From: Candidatus Poribacteria bacterium
Lineage (GTDB): Bacteria; Poribacteria; WGA-4E; WGA-3G
Direction: 5' to 3'
DNA length: 64,000 bases
NCBI GenBank assembly: GCA_965205015.1
Contig: OZ242029.1
Span: 3,648,001-3,712,000, forward strand
A model generated the notes under the pieces. The model saw only the letters and a program-made list of their open reading frames with translations. It ran no database searches and had not been told where the DNA came from. Position 1 is the stretch's first letter. Every line of letters starts with the position of its first letter. A program made the position numbers and the translations under genes. This document shows, piece after piece, positions 46,201 through 55,494 of the stretch.

Positions 46201-47328
46201 GAGGACTTCTTCTGCCTTGTCTCTCGCACGCTTGATATCATCTTCGGTGATTTTATATTCAATAAAAATCTGACGCAGCCAGTAACGGACGTATTCACCG
46301 TCAAGTCGATCTTGCAATTCATCTGCTTTTTCTTTTAACTTCGTGCGTTGGTTCGGTGTTACATCAGGTGGAATCGGGATATGGATTTCTTGAAACTGTG
46401 TATCATTGAATCGGTATTTACCTTCGAACCCATATCCCTGTCCGCGCTTTGAACTTCTATCGTAGAGCAGTGCCCCATCGTAACGGCGTTTACGTGCCAC
46501 AGGTAAGATGATGCTGATGTTGGGACCTTGGTAACTATCCGTCCCGAGTTTGACGATAATCTTTGCAATTTTACCTTTCCGTATATCTCGTCGGATGACG
46601 GGAAAATAGAAGAGTGGAAATCCCCCAATACGTAAGACGATATTTTTAGCGATCATCTCCCGATCCTTGTGGACAATGACTTCGGAAACGCTGAAATAGT
46701 AGTGCGGATGTTTCAGGGAACAGGTCGTCAGGGATGCCCCGCGGATATAGGAGCGGTCTTCCTGTATTTTAAAGATTTCACTGCCGCCGAAGTACCACGG
46801 ATCGCTGAAGGTAAATCCGTTGCGGGCAATTCCTTTTTTGTTTTCGAGATTGAAGATGAGTTCATCGGAGTAAGTCTCTTCGTCCCCAATCTTTAGATGA
46901 ACGTTTCCAGATGCGCGCATCAGGTTTTCGTCAAAGTCTGCCCAGATATGGTCTGCTCGGAGAACGACATCCTCAAATTTAATAAGCGCATTTCCGTGAA
47001 TTTGGACGAAATTGTCAACCATAGCCATATCATCGCCATCGCCAATCACCATACCTTCTCCAGGTACATCTTTTTCGGGATTTAACCGCTCTGAGGCGGC
47101 TTCCTCCTCTTGTGTCTCATCCGTCGATTCGGGGACCCCCGTTTCAGACGCGGGAGGTTCAACGGATTGTGCCTCTTGCGCTATACTGTACTGTATTGGG
47201 CACAGGAGACATGCAATGACGAATAGTGCCAGTAGGGGCTGGGTTACCCAACCCCTACTACGCTCAATTCTGGGCATGGGGATAAGGAAGGCGTGATGAA
47301 TGAAATGGAGAGCAGTCCAGGAGGCCAT
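43297..47328 (-). CDS. lptD: LPS-assembly protein LptD-like beta-barrel with inserted parvulin PPIase domains
   Basis: OstA-like beta-jellyroll, TTC....PHY, G.P.FY.P, SKRG.G.G....Y; internal rotamase motifs; amphipathic beta-strands; terminal Phe; next to surA. Confidence 0.8.
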   Translation of the reverse strand: MASWTALHFIHHAFLIPMPRIERSRGWVTQPLLALFVIACLLCPIQYSIAQEAQSVEPPASETGVPESTDETQEEEAASERLNPEKDVPGEGMVIGDGDDMAMVDNFVQIHGNALIKFEDVVLRADHIWADFDENLMRASGNVHLKIGDEETYSDELIFNLENKKGIARNGFTFSDPWYFGGSEIFKIQEDRSYIRGASLTTCSLKHPHYYFSVSEVIVHKDREMIAKNIVLRIGGFPLFYFPVIRRDIRKGKIAKIIVKLGTDSYQGPNISIILPVARKRRYDGALLYDRSSKRGQGYGFEGKYRFNDTQFQEIHIPIPPDVTPNQRTKLKEKADELQDRLDGEYVRYWLRQIFIEYKITEDDIKRARDKAEEVLGQLQEEGADFAEIAQSNSDHFDTRYDGGDLGFLVPGEVDEDGKPKLDPVLEEAAFALQEGEISPIVQTESAFHILKADRVVDVYGEREIKVRRIDIAITASEDTEYVLRELADDMLKRAQEGEPFEQLIHVPDQFADIAEPTLSEPNEGKGLLLNEMESSWRSAVRRLENPGDVIERRPITMPEGLYIFQLIEKEETPTFEALAEQFEAEWDAFYEDVMNPKPEETGEEGESQDIEEGGEAQDIEEGDESQDTTEEVQTQEPDTVAPTPEPPRRAEVPSPSQSDTDENQSVERGEDDTDKDQTVEPDESESEAEGETTPDPSDDDAASTDADAEADAEDEADADAEEDAEDEEEELKVYRKHGFRGRWEDPSAVASDAQRLYAGEYSSRPIQTKKSFRLIKVDKKRTYRGDIYFYGADRYSYERQNATRIGRRWIMRWGHTQSFYTPWDSREEGRRPINFTGRTELQARNFKEELKLPGESRLNTFSILTYGTGLSTVSDRDRDENGNLTFSRETIGDITGRLEVRHVHDFTGEGTTSLQKLPQFTLNFSRMRMSALPLLGSLNDRMESVAEKFRTETPFLSLFTVPTLESTSFDLDIELGNFFREVYKGKVEERDVYLQTVDLGFDIRKQSTLLITPLRELQMSLDLNTNMIWHDQDQEKNRNIVKGVYSFNGSATNTLFRVFNVGYIPGLRKLRHEIQSSLRFNYQPAVDEDENLYPFGPSTYFYERKRLTYNFNTNFEIKTRRSQSAHRIFYFDTRLTADFTDFDPLYRRKYEPIESDFTFVPLPSRNLNMTVRFTHDPNPHPDDGKQFKMVGFRTNIRYTRPSWNVSIGNSFSKRHTSRRASRSITATGRYRFSQDLEFDVSLIYYPIDGQFYSQRVSMTRNLHDWNLRISWNRVGIQRDNVPSAYNSVRQDFTFQVNLIQEPAVSMGVGYDATTETWGLRTLPAGAPYNAFGVGNSLGRSYF

Positions 47329-47331
47329 AAA

Positions 47332-48639
47332 CTAAAAATCTTTCAGTTCAATTCTAATGTAAGCGTTTTCAAGAAGTTTGTTAGTATAGGCATCCCATTC
47401 CTCTTGGAACCGCTGCTGGCGGAGTATTGCGGTAATCTGTTGTTTCTCTACCTCACTGAGGCTTGGGCTATTCCGTTCGTCGACTTTAAAGATGTGGAGC
47501 CCAGATTCAGTTTCGTGCGGTTGACTGTAGGTGTCGGGTTCGAGTGCTTCAATGGTTGTCCGGGTTTTCGGATTGAGTTCAGTTAAGGAGCGGACCCCGA
47601 GGTCACCGCCGTTATCTCGCGTTTCGGTATCGTCGGAATGTGCCGCTGCGAGTGCATTGAAATCTTCGCCGTTCTCCAGTTTTTTGAAAACTTCAACAAT
47701 ACGCTCGCGCGCTTCCTGTATAGCTTCCGCACTCGGTATGAGGGGAACGATGAGATACCGAAATGCGATCATCTGATCGGTTTTCATTGCGATCGTGAAG
47801 ACATAGAGTCCCTCGTTTCCTTCAACCGGCTCGCTGAATGTGCCAGTCTCCAAGTTTGTGAGTACATCTTGGAATATCTTTGGGAACCTTTTGAGCTCCT
47901 CTGCAGTAGCTTCTATGAGAATTCCTGCCTGTGAACTTGGGTTTTCCTTGGAGGTGTATCGCTGTGCAACCTCCTCGAACTTCGCGCGACCCGTTGTGAT
48001 TTCATTGAGCAATTTTTGAACAGTTTCAAATGCTGCATCCCGGTCGGCTTGATTCGGTTTAAAGGCGACAAAAATGTGCCGTAAATGCACTTTATCTATT
48101 TTGGTGGGGAGTTGGTCCCGATTTTCCTCAAAAAATTCTTGGATCTCACGCTCTCGCACTTGCAAGCGAGGGACAATTCTCCCCATCACAAGCTTCTCTG
48201 CTTTGAGATTTCGCTCCGACTGCTCTCGAAATGCTACGAGTGTCATACCTTCTCTGTTTAATTGCTTTTTAAATTCTTCGTCTGTTTCAATCTTATATCT
48301 TTTCTTAAAGTCTTGGATGTACTGCTCAATTTCCACATCGCTGACGGTAACTTTCAGCGTTAAGGCGGCTTCCAAAAGGAGCATCTGCCTGATAAGTCGG
48401 TCAAGTAATTCAGGTCTTTGTCGTTCTGCCTCGTTGAGTGCCTCGCGTTCGCTGAAACGATAAACCTGTTGGAGTTCCATGGCGCGCTGATTCACCAAGA
48501 CATCAAGTTCCCTCTTGGTCACGACATCGTCATTAACGTAAGCGATGATTTTGTCAAAAGTGCGAGCCGCACTACTCCGCACACCACCGATGATGAGCAA
48601 TAGAATGAACATGAGACAGGCAGTTGTTCTACACGCCAT
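47332..48639 (-). CDS. surA: SurA-like chaperone/PPIase (SurA_N plus two parvulin domains)
   Basis: D.IIA.VND..VT..EL, HIFV, F..LA..HSDD, GGDLG; SD GGAGG before ATG 48639. Confidence 0.82.
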   Translation of the reverse strand: MACRTTACLMFILLLIIGGVRSSAARTFDKIIAYVNDDVVTKRELDVLVNQRAMELQQVYRFSEREALNEAERQRPELLDRLIRQMLLLEAALTLKVTVSDVEIEQYIQDFKKRYKIETDEEFKKQLNREGMTLVAFREQSERNLKAEKLVMGRIVPRLQVREREIQEFFEENRDQLPTKIDKVHLRHIFVAFKPNQADRDAAFETVQKLLNEITTGRAKFEEVAQRYTSKENPSSQAGILIEATAEELKRFPKIFQDVLTNLETGTFSEPVEGNEGLYVFTIAMKTDQMIAFRYLIVPLIPSAEAIQEARERIVEVFKKLENGEDFNALAAAHSDDTETRDNGGDLGVRSLTELNPKTRTTIEALEPDTYSQPHETESGLHIFKVDERNSPSLSEVEKQQITAILRQQRFQEEWDAYTNKLLENAYIRIELKDF

Positions 48640-48746
48640 TATGGATACCTCCGTTATCAGTCTTCGGTTGGGAGCGTGGATGTGGTTGGAAGGTTGGAAG
48701 GTTGGGGGCACCCATCCTTCCATTCTTCCTCTCTTCCATCCGAGGG

Positions 48747-49769
48747 TTATTCTTCAGGGGCTGCCTCTTCGGAGGGCTCCTCCTCCGCTGCCTCTTCGGT
48801 TTCTTCGGATTCTGCTTCTGGGATGCGATCTATGTACGTTTTGACCTCGGCGCGGTTTCGAAGTTCGGCAACCCAGTTATCCATGAGTTCCTGTCGCTTC
48901 TCGCGTTCCGCTTTCCGGATAACACTCTTCCGAACATCTTCCTCTTCAAACGGTTTTTGATATTCATCGCGAGCTTCGTCTTTTCGGAAGATCATGTAGT
49001 ATTTTTCTCCCTGAACGTCAACTTCAATGACACCATCGTACAGCTGACCGATTTCCGCAGTAAACGCCGCATCTAAGAAGGGTTCAGTTCCCGAAGGGAA
49101 AGAAGTCCGACTAATATAGTCCGTGTCACCCGGGGTAGCCGGATTTGCACCGGGACCAACGAGTTCACCACGGTCGGAGAGTTCCTGAGCGACTTCAAGG
49201 ATGTCTTTGCCTTCCTGGATTTGCGCGTAAACTTCATCAGCCCGATCTTTATTGAGGAGCGTGATACAGGAAAGCCTGACCTGCTCAGGACGCACGTACT
49301 CCGCTTTGTTCGCTTCATAGTACTGAACATAATCGTCTTCGGTCAAAGAGAGTTTATCGTCAATCTCTTGCGCGGTAATTTTCTTAACCATCAACTCGTG
49401 AAGATAATCCTGAACCTTCTTGAGGATTTCTGGGTCTTCGTTAAGTTTTTCGTCTCGGGCGAGACTGAGAATGAGTCGACTCTCCGCCATGAGAAGCATA
49501 TAGGTTTCCAGCCCCTCTTTATCCTGATATTGACGCTGTTTGTATTCGGGGAGTTCACTGATTTCCTGCATCATCTCTTCAAGGGTGATGCGGTGTTTGC
49601 CGTTCCAGTCAAATTCAGCGATGACCGTTCCATCAGCCCCGATCGCCTTGTCGCCGCAGCTATAGAAGACGGGATGCGTGACAAGGATCCCGATGAGAAG
49701 TAGGGGAATAACCGGAAATCTGGACTGATTCTTGATTCCGCCCATGAAGCGGGTAACTACTGTGAGCAT
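48747..49769 (-). CDS. Parvulin-type peptidylprolyl isomerase (PrsA/PpiC-like), possible lipoprotein
   Basis: Signal peptide with ..YSCG, PEQVRLSCI, F.DAAF....G, W..ELR..A.V. Confidence 0.75.
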   Translation of the reverse strand: MLTVVTRFMGGIKNQSRFPVIPLLLIGILVTHPVFYSCGDKAIGADGTVIAEFDWNGKHRITLEEMMQEISELPEYKQRQYQDKEGLETYMLLMAESRLILSLARDEKLNEDPEILKKVQDYLHELMVKKITAQEIDDKLSLTEDDYVQYYEANKAEYVRPEQVRLSCITLLNKDRADEVYAQIQEGKDILEVAQELSDRGELVGPGANPATPGDTDYISRTSFPSGTEPFLDAAFTAEIGQLYDGVIEVDVQGEKYYMIFRKDEARDEYQKPFEEEDVRKSVIRKAEREKRQELMDNWVAELRNRAEVKTYIDRIPEAESEETEEAAEEEPSEEAAPEE

Positions 49770-49788
49770 TTATCTAACTCCTTTTTTA

Positions 49789-49873
49789 ATGGCTATCGGA
49801 GACCATCAGCTGTCGGCTGTCAGTAAAGAGGTATTCTACTACAGTAGAGTCCCCTTGCTGATTGCTGACCGCT
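49789..49873. repeat. Heptamer-repeat inverted element
   Basis: TCAGC/TCGGC units on the left and GCTGA units on the right. Confidence 0.5.
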
Positions 49874-49883
49874 ATTCTCCTGC

Positions 49884-50855
49884 CTACTGATCTGATTCCT
49901 CGGTTTCCGCTTCTTCGGGTTTTGGCGGTTCCGGAATATTTTCAGGATAGGTTTTCAACTGACCTTTCTCAGTAATTTCGGTGACCCATTCATTGATGCG
50001 TGCGCGTTTCTTTTCACGCTCCACCGTTCTTCGGACATCATCTTTGACCTCATCGAATTCCTGCTGACGGTCTGGGTGATGCTCTTCCTTACGGAAGATG
50101 AGGTAGAAGGTTTCTTCATTGACATCGACCTCAAAAAGGGTATCGGTCATTTCGCCGACCTCTTGCTCAAAAACAGCGTCAATGAACTCCGCCCAACGCG
50201 GGGACGCGGATTTGGTAAACATGTAGGTATTTCCTGGATCGTCCTTACTGGAGCCACCAGGTCCGTTGGCGAATTTACCTGCTTCAAAGACCTCTTTTGC
50301 CATCTCAACAATGTCTTTGCCAGCTTTGATGGCATCGAGGGTCTCGTTGGCAAAGTCTTCATCGTCAAGCGTAATGCAGGTTGCGCGAACCTTCGCTTCC
50401 TCAATGTAATCGCTCAAATTCGCTTGATATTGTGCCATGAGATCCTCATCGGAAATGATGATCTTAGCGTCCACTTCAGCTTCGGTCAATTTTTCAACCA
50501 TCAGCTGATGGGTATAGTCTTCAAGTTTTTTGAGGTGTTCGGCAAGCGAATCAAATCCGTCGTCGGCAGCGCGAAGAATCTGGAGGCGTTCATCTATCAA
50601 TTCCTCAAGATACTCGGCTTTGTCTTCCCGGGTCTCATAGTTCTGTTGGCGGTAAACGGGCAATTCTGCGATGGCAGCGTTCAAATCAGCCAATGAGATT
50701 TGATACGGCTTGCCATTCCACTTGTACTCTACTAAAATTACCTTGCTTTCGTCCATGGCAGACATGGGTTGTTCATGACCATCGGATTGAACAAATCTCC
50801 ATGTCAGTAGACAGGTCAGGGCAACAATTACAAAGATAGCAATCGTTTTTTTCAT
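49884..50855 (-). CDS. Parvulin-type peptidylprolyl isomerase, paralog of the adjacent gene
   Basis: WNGK, ELP.Y.Q..Y and Y.IFRK.E segments shared with 48747-49769; signal peptide MKKTIAIF. Confidence 0.75.
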   Translation of the reverse strand: MKKTIAIFVIVALTCLLTWRFVQSDGHEQPMSAMDESKVILVEYKWNGKPYQISLADLNAAIAELPVYRQQNYETREDKAEYLEELIDERLQILRAADDGFDSLAEHLKKLEDYTHQLMVEKLTEAEVDAKIIISDEDLMAQYQANLSDYIEEAKVRATCITLDDEDFANETLDAIKAGKDIVEMAKEVFEAGKFANGPGGSSKDDPGNTYMFTKSASPRWAEFIDAVFEQEVGEMTDTLFEVDVNEETFYLIFRKEEHHPDRQQEFDEVKDDVRRTVEREKKRARINEWVTEITEKGQLKTYPENIPEPPKPEEAETEESDQ

Positions 50856-50881
50856 ATTTTTAATGTTCCTTGCGGTTTCGT

Positions 50882-51008
50882 GGCTATCGGCAGAATAGCC
50901 GTCAGCCGTCAACCGTCAGCCGTCAGTCACAAAAGGAAACCTTTGTTAAACGCAAACCTTTTAACTGATAGCCGGCAGCCGATAACCGAGGGCTGATAGC
51001 TGATTGCC
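50882..51008. repeat. Heptamer-repeat inverted element
   Basis: (GCCGTCA)n left arm and CTGATAG-type right arm around an AAAGG...CCTTT core. Confidence 0.6.
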
Positions 51009-51013
51009 GTTGG

Positions 51014-54000
51014 TTACATATCAACAAACAACCTGAGCGTTTGTTGCAATTCAGTCAACATATTCGCACCAGTCACTCCCGGCATGCGAACCTTAAGTTG
51101 TGCCGGGGGTTGTAACTGGAGGTTCTTATTTTTGTGAACTATCTCAATGAATTTCTTCACATTAATTCGTGGCTTTCTTTCGTCAAAGGTAACCTTCACC
51201 TGCTCTTTCCCCGCAACAATAGCTGTGATACCGAGATGTTGGCTGAGTTGTTTGATGTCGGCGACCTCCAGCAACATTTCAGCAGGCTCGGGTATCGCCC
51301 CGTATCGGTCCTTCAACTCCTCACGAAGTTCATTAAGTGCCTCCCGATCTTTCAATCCAGCGATTTTTTTATAGATAGAGACCTTTTGACGACTATCCGG
51401 GACATAGGCATCCGGCAGATACGCTTCAACGGGTAGATTGATGCGTGTTTCCACGGTTTCCTCAACCTTTTCACCCTTGAGTGCCATCACCGCTTCCTCA
51501 AGAAGTCTACAATACAGTTCATAACCGACGGTGACGATATGTCCGTGCTGTTCGGCGCCGAGGATGTTGCCGGCACCGCGAATCTCTAAATCTCGAAGGG
51601 CTATTTTGAAACCTGAACCGAGGTCTGTAAATTCTTCGATAACGCGAAGCCGTTTTTGCGCGCCCTCCGTGATTGCTCGATCCTGTGGATAGAAGAGATA
51701 TCCGTAAGCTTGCGCCGTCGCGCGCCCGACGCGTCCTCGTAACTGATAGAGTTGTGCTAAACCGAGTGCATCCGCCCGATTAATGAGGATCGTGTTAACG
51801 TTGGGAATATCCAGTCCGGATTCAATAATCATTGTGCAGACCAGAATGTCATGTTTGTGCCGCACAAACTCCAGCATAATGGTTTCTAATTCACGTTCAG
51901 GCATCTGCCCATGTGCCACGGCAATGCGGGCATCCGGCGCCAGTTGTTGAATGGTTAAAGCGATACTCTGGATGTCTTGAACGCGATTGTGGACAAAAAA
52001 CACCTGTCCGCCGCGCCCTAATTCTGTCGTGATGGCTTCCCGAATCACGTCACTGTCGTAAGGCATAACGTACGTTTGGATCGGTAACCGATCGGCTGGG
52101 GGGGTGTTAATGACACTAAAGTCCCGAATCCCAACAAGCGACATGTGGAGCGTACGTGGAATCGGCGTAGCGGTCAATGTAAGGACATCAACGGTTTCTT
52201 TAAATTGTTTTATTTTCTCTTTATGCTTAACGCCGAAACGATGTTCTTCGTCAACTATTAAGAGTCCGAGGTTGTCGAACGCAACCGTTTTGGAAAGTAG
52301 ACTGTGTGTCCCAATAACAACATCAACCGCACCTTTCGCCAATCCCTCTTTAATCTGTTTTATCTCTTTCGGTGTGCGGAACCGGTTTAACATTTCGATG
52401 TTGACGGGGAAGGGTTGAAAACGTTTTTCAAAAGTATCGTAGTGTTGGAGGGCGAGAATCGTCGTAGGTACAAGGACTGCCACCTGTTTCTCGGACATGA
52501 CGGCTTTGAAAGCGGCACGCAGGGCTATCTCGGTTTTTCCGTATCCTACATCTCCACAGACGAGCCGATCCATCGGGCGTTCATCTTCCATACCAGCTTT
52601 GACATCTTCGATGGCTTGGAGTTGGTCATCAGTCTCTTGATACGGAAAAAGTGCTTCAAATTCGGTCTGCCAAGGCACCTCAGTGGGGAAACTGAAGCCT
52701 TTGCGCGCTTGGCGGAGGGCATACAACTTGAGGAGTTCCCCCGCCATTTGTTCGATTGACTTTTTAACGCGTCCCTTTCGTCGACCCCAAGCAGCCCCAC
52801 CAAGACGATCGACACGGGGTTTATGGGAATTGTCTTTGCTACCGACATATTTCTGAACGAAGTCAACTTGATAGGTCGGTACGTAAAGGATGTCATCGGC
52901 ACTGTATCTGAGTATCAGAAAATCTTGGGACTTTCCATCAATTGCCAATCGGCGTATCCCATCATAGATAGCGATGCCGTGCGAGACGTGTACGACATAA
53001 TCCCCAACCTTTAGATCGATGAGGCTGAGAATTGGCGTTCCGTCTGTAGAAGGGCGGCGACGTATGGGACGGCGATGCTGACGACTGCCAAAGAGTTCAT
53101 CTTCGGAAATAACGACAAGATTCAGTGCTTCATTGAGAAACCCTTCACTAATTGTGCCGACACTGGTTTGAATATCTGGTGGAAATAATTCGCGTTCTGC
53201 TAAAATTTCAGATACACGCTTTGACTGTTGCGGCGTTTCACAGAAGACATGAATTCGGATGCCTTCTTCCGTCCACGTTTTCATCTGGTTGATAACCGTT
53301 TGATAGTTGCCAGATGGTAATGCCAGCGGTTGCATCTCAAAATGCAAGGGCGATCTCTGATTGTCCATGGCCTCACGCGGTGGTGCTAAGGACGATGAAA
53401 TAACTGGATACTTCTCGAACGCAGCGGTGAGTGTTTCAAAGGGGGCGAGAAGTTTATCCGGTGGGACCATGAGGTTGGACGCCTCCAACTTCTTCTGGTA
53501 CAGCTCCTGCAGTTGCTCGTGCATGTGCGAGGCTTCACGCTTCTGCCATTGTGGTTCAATGCGGCAGACAATTGTGTCATTGGGCAGATAATCGGAGAGC
53601 AATTCGGTTTCTGGAACGAGCATGGGCAGAAAGCCTTCTATGCCGTCATTCAGTGGGCATTCCTGAAGCTGATATTGAGAAGATGCCGCTTTTGTTAAAG
53701 ATTGTGTTATCTCCCGAACCGTGTTTATCAATTGTGGTGTTGCGTGTTCTTTGATGAGAGCATCCGCTTGGGTTTGCCAATGCTCGACCGATACATCAGT
53801 AGAAAGGACTTCCCGTAAGGGGGTAAGCGTGCTCGATTCGAGGGACTCCGTTGAACGTTGCGATATCGGATCGAAGGCACGGATCGTATCAACTTCATCG
53901 CCAAAGAACTCAACCCGAATAGGCGTATCGGCAGTAAGCGGATAGACATCTAAGATATCGCCTCTGCGCGCAAATTCGCCTTTGACTTCTACCAGTTCAA

Positions 54001-54526
54001 CGTTTTGGTAGCCTTCTCGGATCAGCATCGCTGCGACATCGTCCGGGTCTATCTCATCTCCGAGATTCAGGACGCGACATGCCTCGGCAAATCGGTGGCG
54101 CGGCGGGAGTCTGTAAAGTACCGCTTGACTTGATGTTACAATGATACTTCGTTCTTTATAGAGTAAGTGTTCCAGACATCGAAGTCGATCTGCGACGGTT
54201 TCCTTGGGCGGCGCGATGCCATCAAAAATCTTTCGGGACCACCCTGGAAACAGATTTATCTTGGACTGCGCATCGAGCATAGGTGTCGTTTCTGAAGCAG
54301 AGGACGCTGTGTATGCGCAAATTTCTTCTAAAACTTGCTCGGCTTCACGGTGTGAAGGCAGGATAATCAGGAAGGATTTTTTAGGAAAATCGTCGATGAG
54401 GGCTGCCAAAAGATACGCGGTTGATGCGTTTGCCAATCCTCTGAGCCACGGGAGTTTCTGGTTTCCATCTTTAAGGCGTGCCACCAGCGTTTGATAATTT
54501 TCCGTTTTACGTAAAAACTCTATCAC
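51014..54526 (-). CDS. mfd: Transcription-repair coupling factor
   Basis: RGDILDVY, CarD-like domain, GDVGYGKT, DEEHRFG, QLRGRVGR, TRCF domain; GTG start at 54526 after AAGGA. Confidence 0.97.
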   Translation of the reverse strand: MIEFLRKTENYQTLVARLKDGNQKLPWLRGLANASTAYLLAALIDDFPKKSFLIILPSHREAEQVLEEICAYTASSASETTPMLDAQSKINLFPGWSRKIFDGIAPPKETVADRLRCLEHLLYKERSIIVTSSQAVLYRLPPRHRFAEACRVLNLGDEIDPDDVAAMLIREGYQNVELVEVKGEFARRGDILDVYPLTADTPIRVEFFGDEVDTIRAFDPISQRSTESLESSTLTPLREVLSTDVSVEHWQTQADALIKEHATPQLINTVREITQSLTKAASSQYQLQECPLNDGIEGFLPMLVPETELLSDYLPNDTIVCRIEPQWQKREASHMHEQLQELYQKKLEASNLMVPPDKLLAPFETLTAAFEKYPVISSSLAPPREAMDNQRSPLHFEMQPLALPSGNYQTVINQMKTWTEEGIRIHVFCETPQQSKRVSEILAERELFPPDIQTSVGTISEGFLNEALNLVVISEDELFGSRQHRRPIRRRPSTDGTPILSLIDLKVGDYVVHVSHGIAIYDGIRRLAIDGKSQDFLILRYSADDILYVPTYQVDFVQKYVGSKDNSHKPRVDRLGGAAWGRRKGRVKKSIEQMAGELLKLYALRQARKGFSFPTEVPWQTEFEALFPYQETDDQLQAIEDVKAGMEDERPMDRLVCGDVGYGKTEIALRAAFKAVMSEKQVAVLVPTTILALQHYDTFEKRFQPFPVNIEMLNRFRTPKEIKQIKEGLAKGAVDVVIGTHSLLSKTVAFDNLGLLIVDEEHRFGVKHKEKIKQFKETVDVLTLTATPIPRTLHMSLVGIRDFSVINTPPADRLPIQTYVMPYDSDVIREAITTELGRGGQVFFVHNRVQDIQSIALTIQQLAPDARIAVAHGQMPERELETIMLEFVRHKHDILVCTMIIESGLDIPNVNTILINRADALGLAQLYQLRGRVGRATAQAYGYLFYPQDRAITEGAQKRLRVIEEFTDLGSGFKIALRDLEIRGAGNILGAEQHGHIVTVGYELYCRLLEEAVMALKGEKVEETVETRINLPVEAYLPDAYVPDSRQKVSIYKKIAGLKDREALNELREELKDRYGAIPEPAEMLLEVADIKQLSQHLGITAIVAGKEQVKVTFDERKPRINVKKFIEIVHKNKNLQLQPPAQLKVRMPGVTGANMLTELQQTLRLFVDM

Positions 54527-54549
54527 TATTTTTAATGTTCCTTGCGGAT

Positions 54550-54639
54550 TTTTAATTTTACCTTGCGGAGAAGCGACGTGCATTTCAATTTTTACGTGCG
54601 TTCCTTAACTCCGCCTTCCTTTTTATTTCAGGCTACGGT
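54550..54639 (-). repeat. 90-bp structured dispersed element, copy B
   Basis: Aligns without gaps to 61189-61278, with compensatory stem changes. Confidence 0.65.
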
Positions 54640-54687
54640 TCCGTTCCTATTGCATCGTAGGTTTTAGAATTACAGAGTGGGTAACCT

Positions 54688-55464
54688 TCAGTCCGAGAGT
54701 TTGGTAAATTCGATATCGGTTAAGGTGATTTTTACTGTCAATTGTCCTATCTTGCTCTCTGCTTTGACAGGTAACCGACGTTCATCGTCCGTGAGCCAGA
54801 AGCGATCGCCTGCTGAAGTTTGGAGGACGAGCGTTTTGACCATACCCAATGCCTTACTTTTTACTATCGCTCTACGCTCAACAGTGAGCGTAACCTTCTG
54901 GACTTTTCCCTTGGCGATAATCGGAAAGAAATAAGTTTTACCGAGTTCAAATTCTTTAGAACGTAGGAAGTAGAGCGTTGACAACTCATCCTGCGTGCCA
55001 ACGGGTATTTCTATGACCTTTGTCTCGCGTTTTTCAGGCGACTTCGGCTTCGGACGAGAGATTTTTTCATATTCTGCCGTTTCTTCTCGAAAATCAACTG
55101 TGACGGTGGCACGATATTTTTGGTCCCGCAACTGGTTCTGAAATCGGACCGGTGAGAGGGTCATCGGGTTTAAGTACGTCTCCTCTTGTCTCTGAAAACT
55201 ATAGACTCTGAAAAGTGAACGGGTTTTCATTTCAGACTGGATGTGGTAAACAGCCTTCCCGTTCAGCGATGTCTCTTTGGCGATCCAGTCCGTTCGTCGG
55301 GCGGCAGGTATTTTTTTCCAACTGATATCGTATGTTAATTTTTCTCCTACCCTTAGCGGACTCGGAGCGATGTCTGGACTTTCAACAAGTGAACGGGAGG
55401 CACTATTTACGGCAAGCGTCCCTATGAGCAAAAAGATGAAAATTAAATGCTTTGCATACTGCAA
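54688..55464 (-). CDS. DUF3108 domain protein
   Basis: Signal peptide, GE.L.Y...W, D.LS.LY.LR, W...D...LPVK. Confidence 0.8.
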   Translation of the reverse strand: MQYAKHLIFIFLLIGTLAVNSASRSLVESPDIAPSPLRVGEKLTYDISWKKIPAARRTDWIAKETSLNGKAVYHIQSEMKTRSLFRVYSFQRQEETYLNPMTLSPVRFQNQLRDQKYRATVTVDFREETAEYEKISRPKPKSPEKRETKVIEIPVGTQDELSTLYFLRSKEFELGKTYFFPIIAKGKVQKVTLTVERRAIVKSKALGMVKTLVLQTSAGDRFWLTDDERRLPVKAESKIGQLTVKITLTDIEFTKLSD

Positions 55465-55494
55465 ACTTTTTGTCCTTTTTTAATTATACCTTTA

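Noticed and set aside
48640-48723. N-terminal extensions predicted for SurA (and similarly for the 50912 and 54583 starts)
   Set aside because: They run through repeat elements; downstream starts have better SD sequences and, for the exported proteins, signal peptides.
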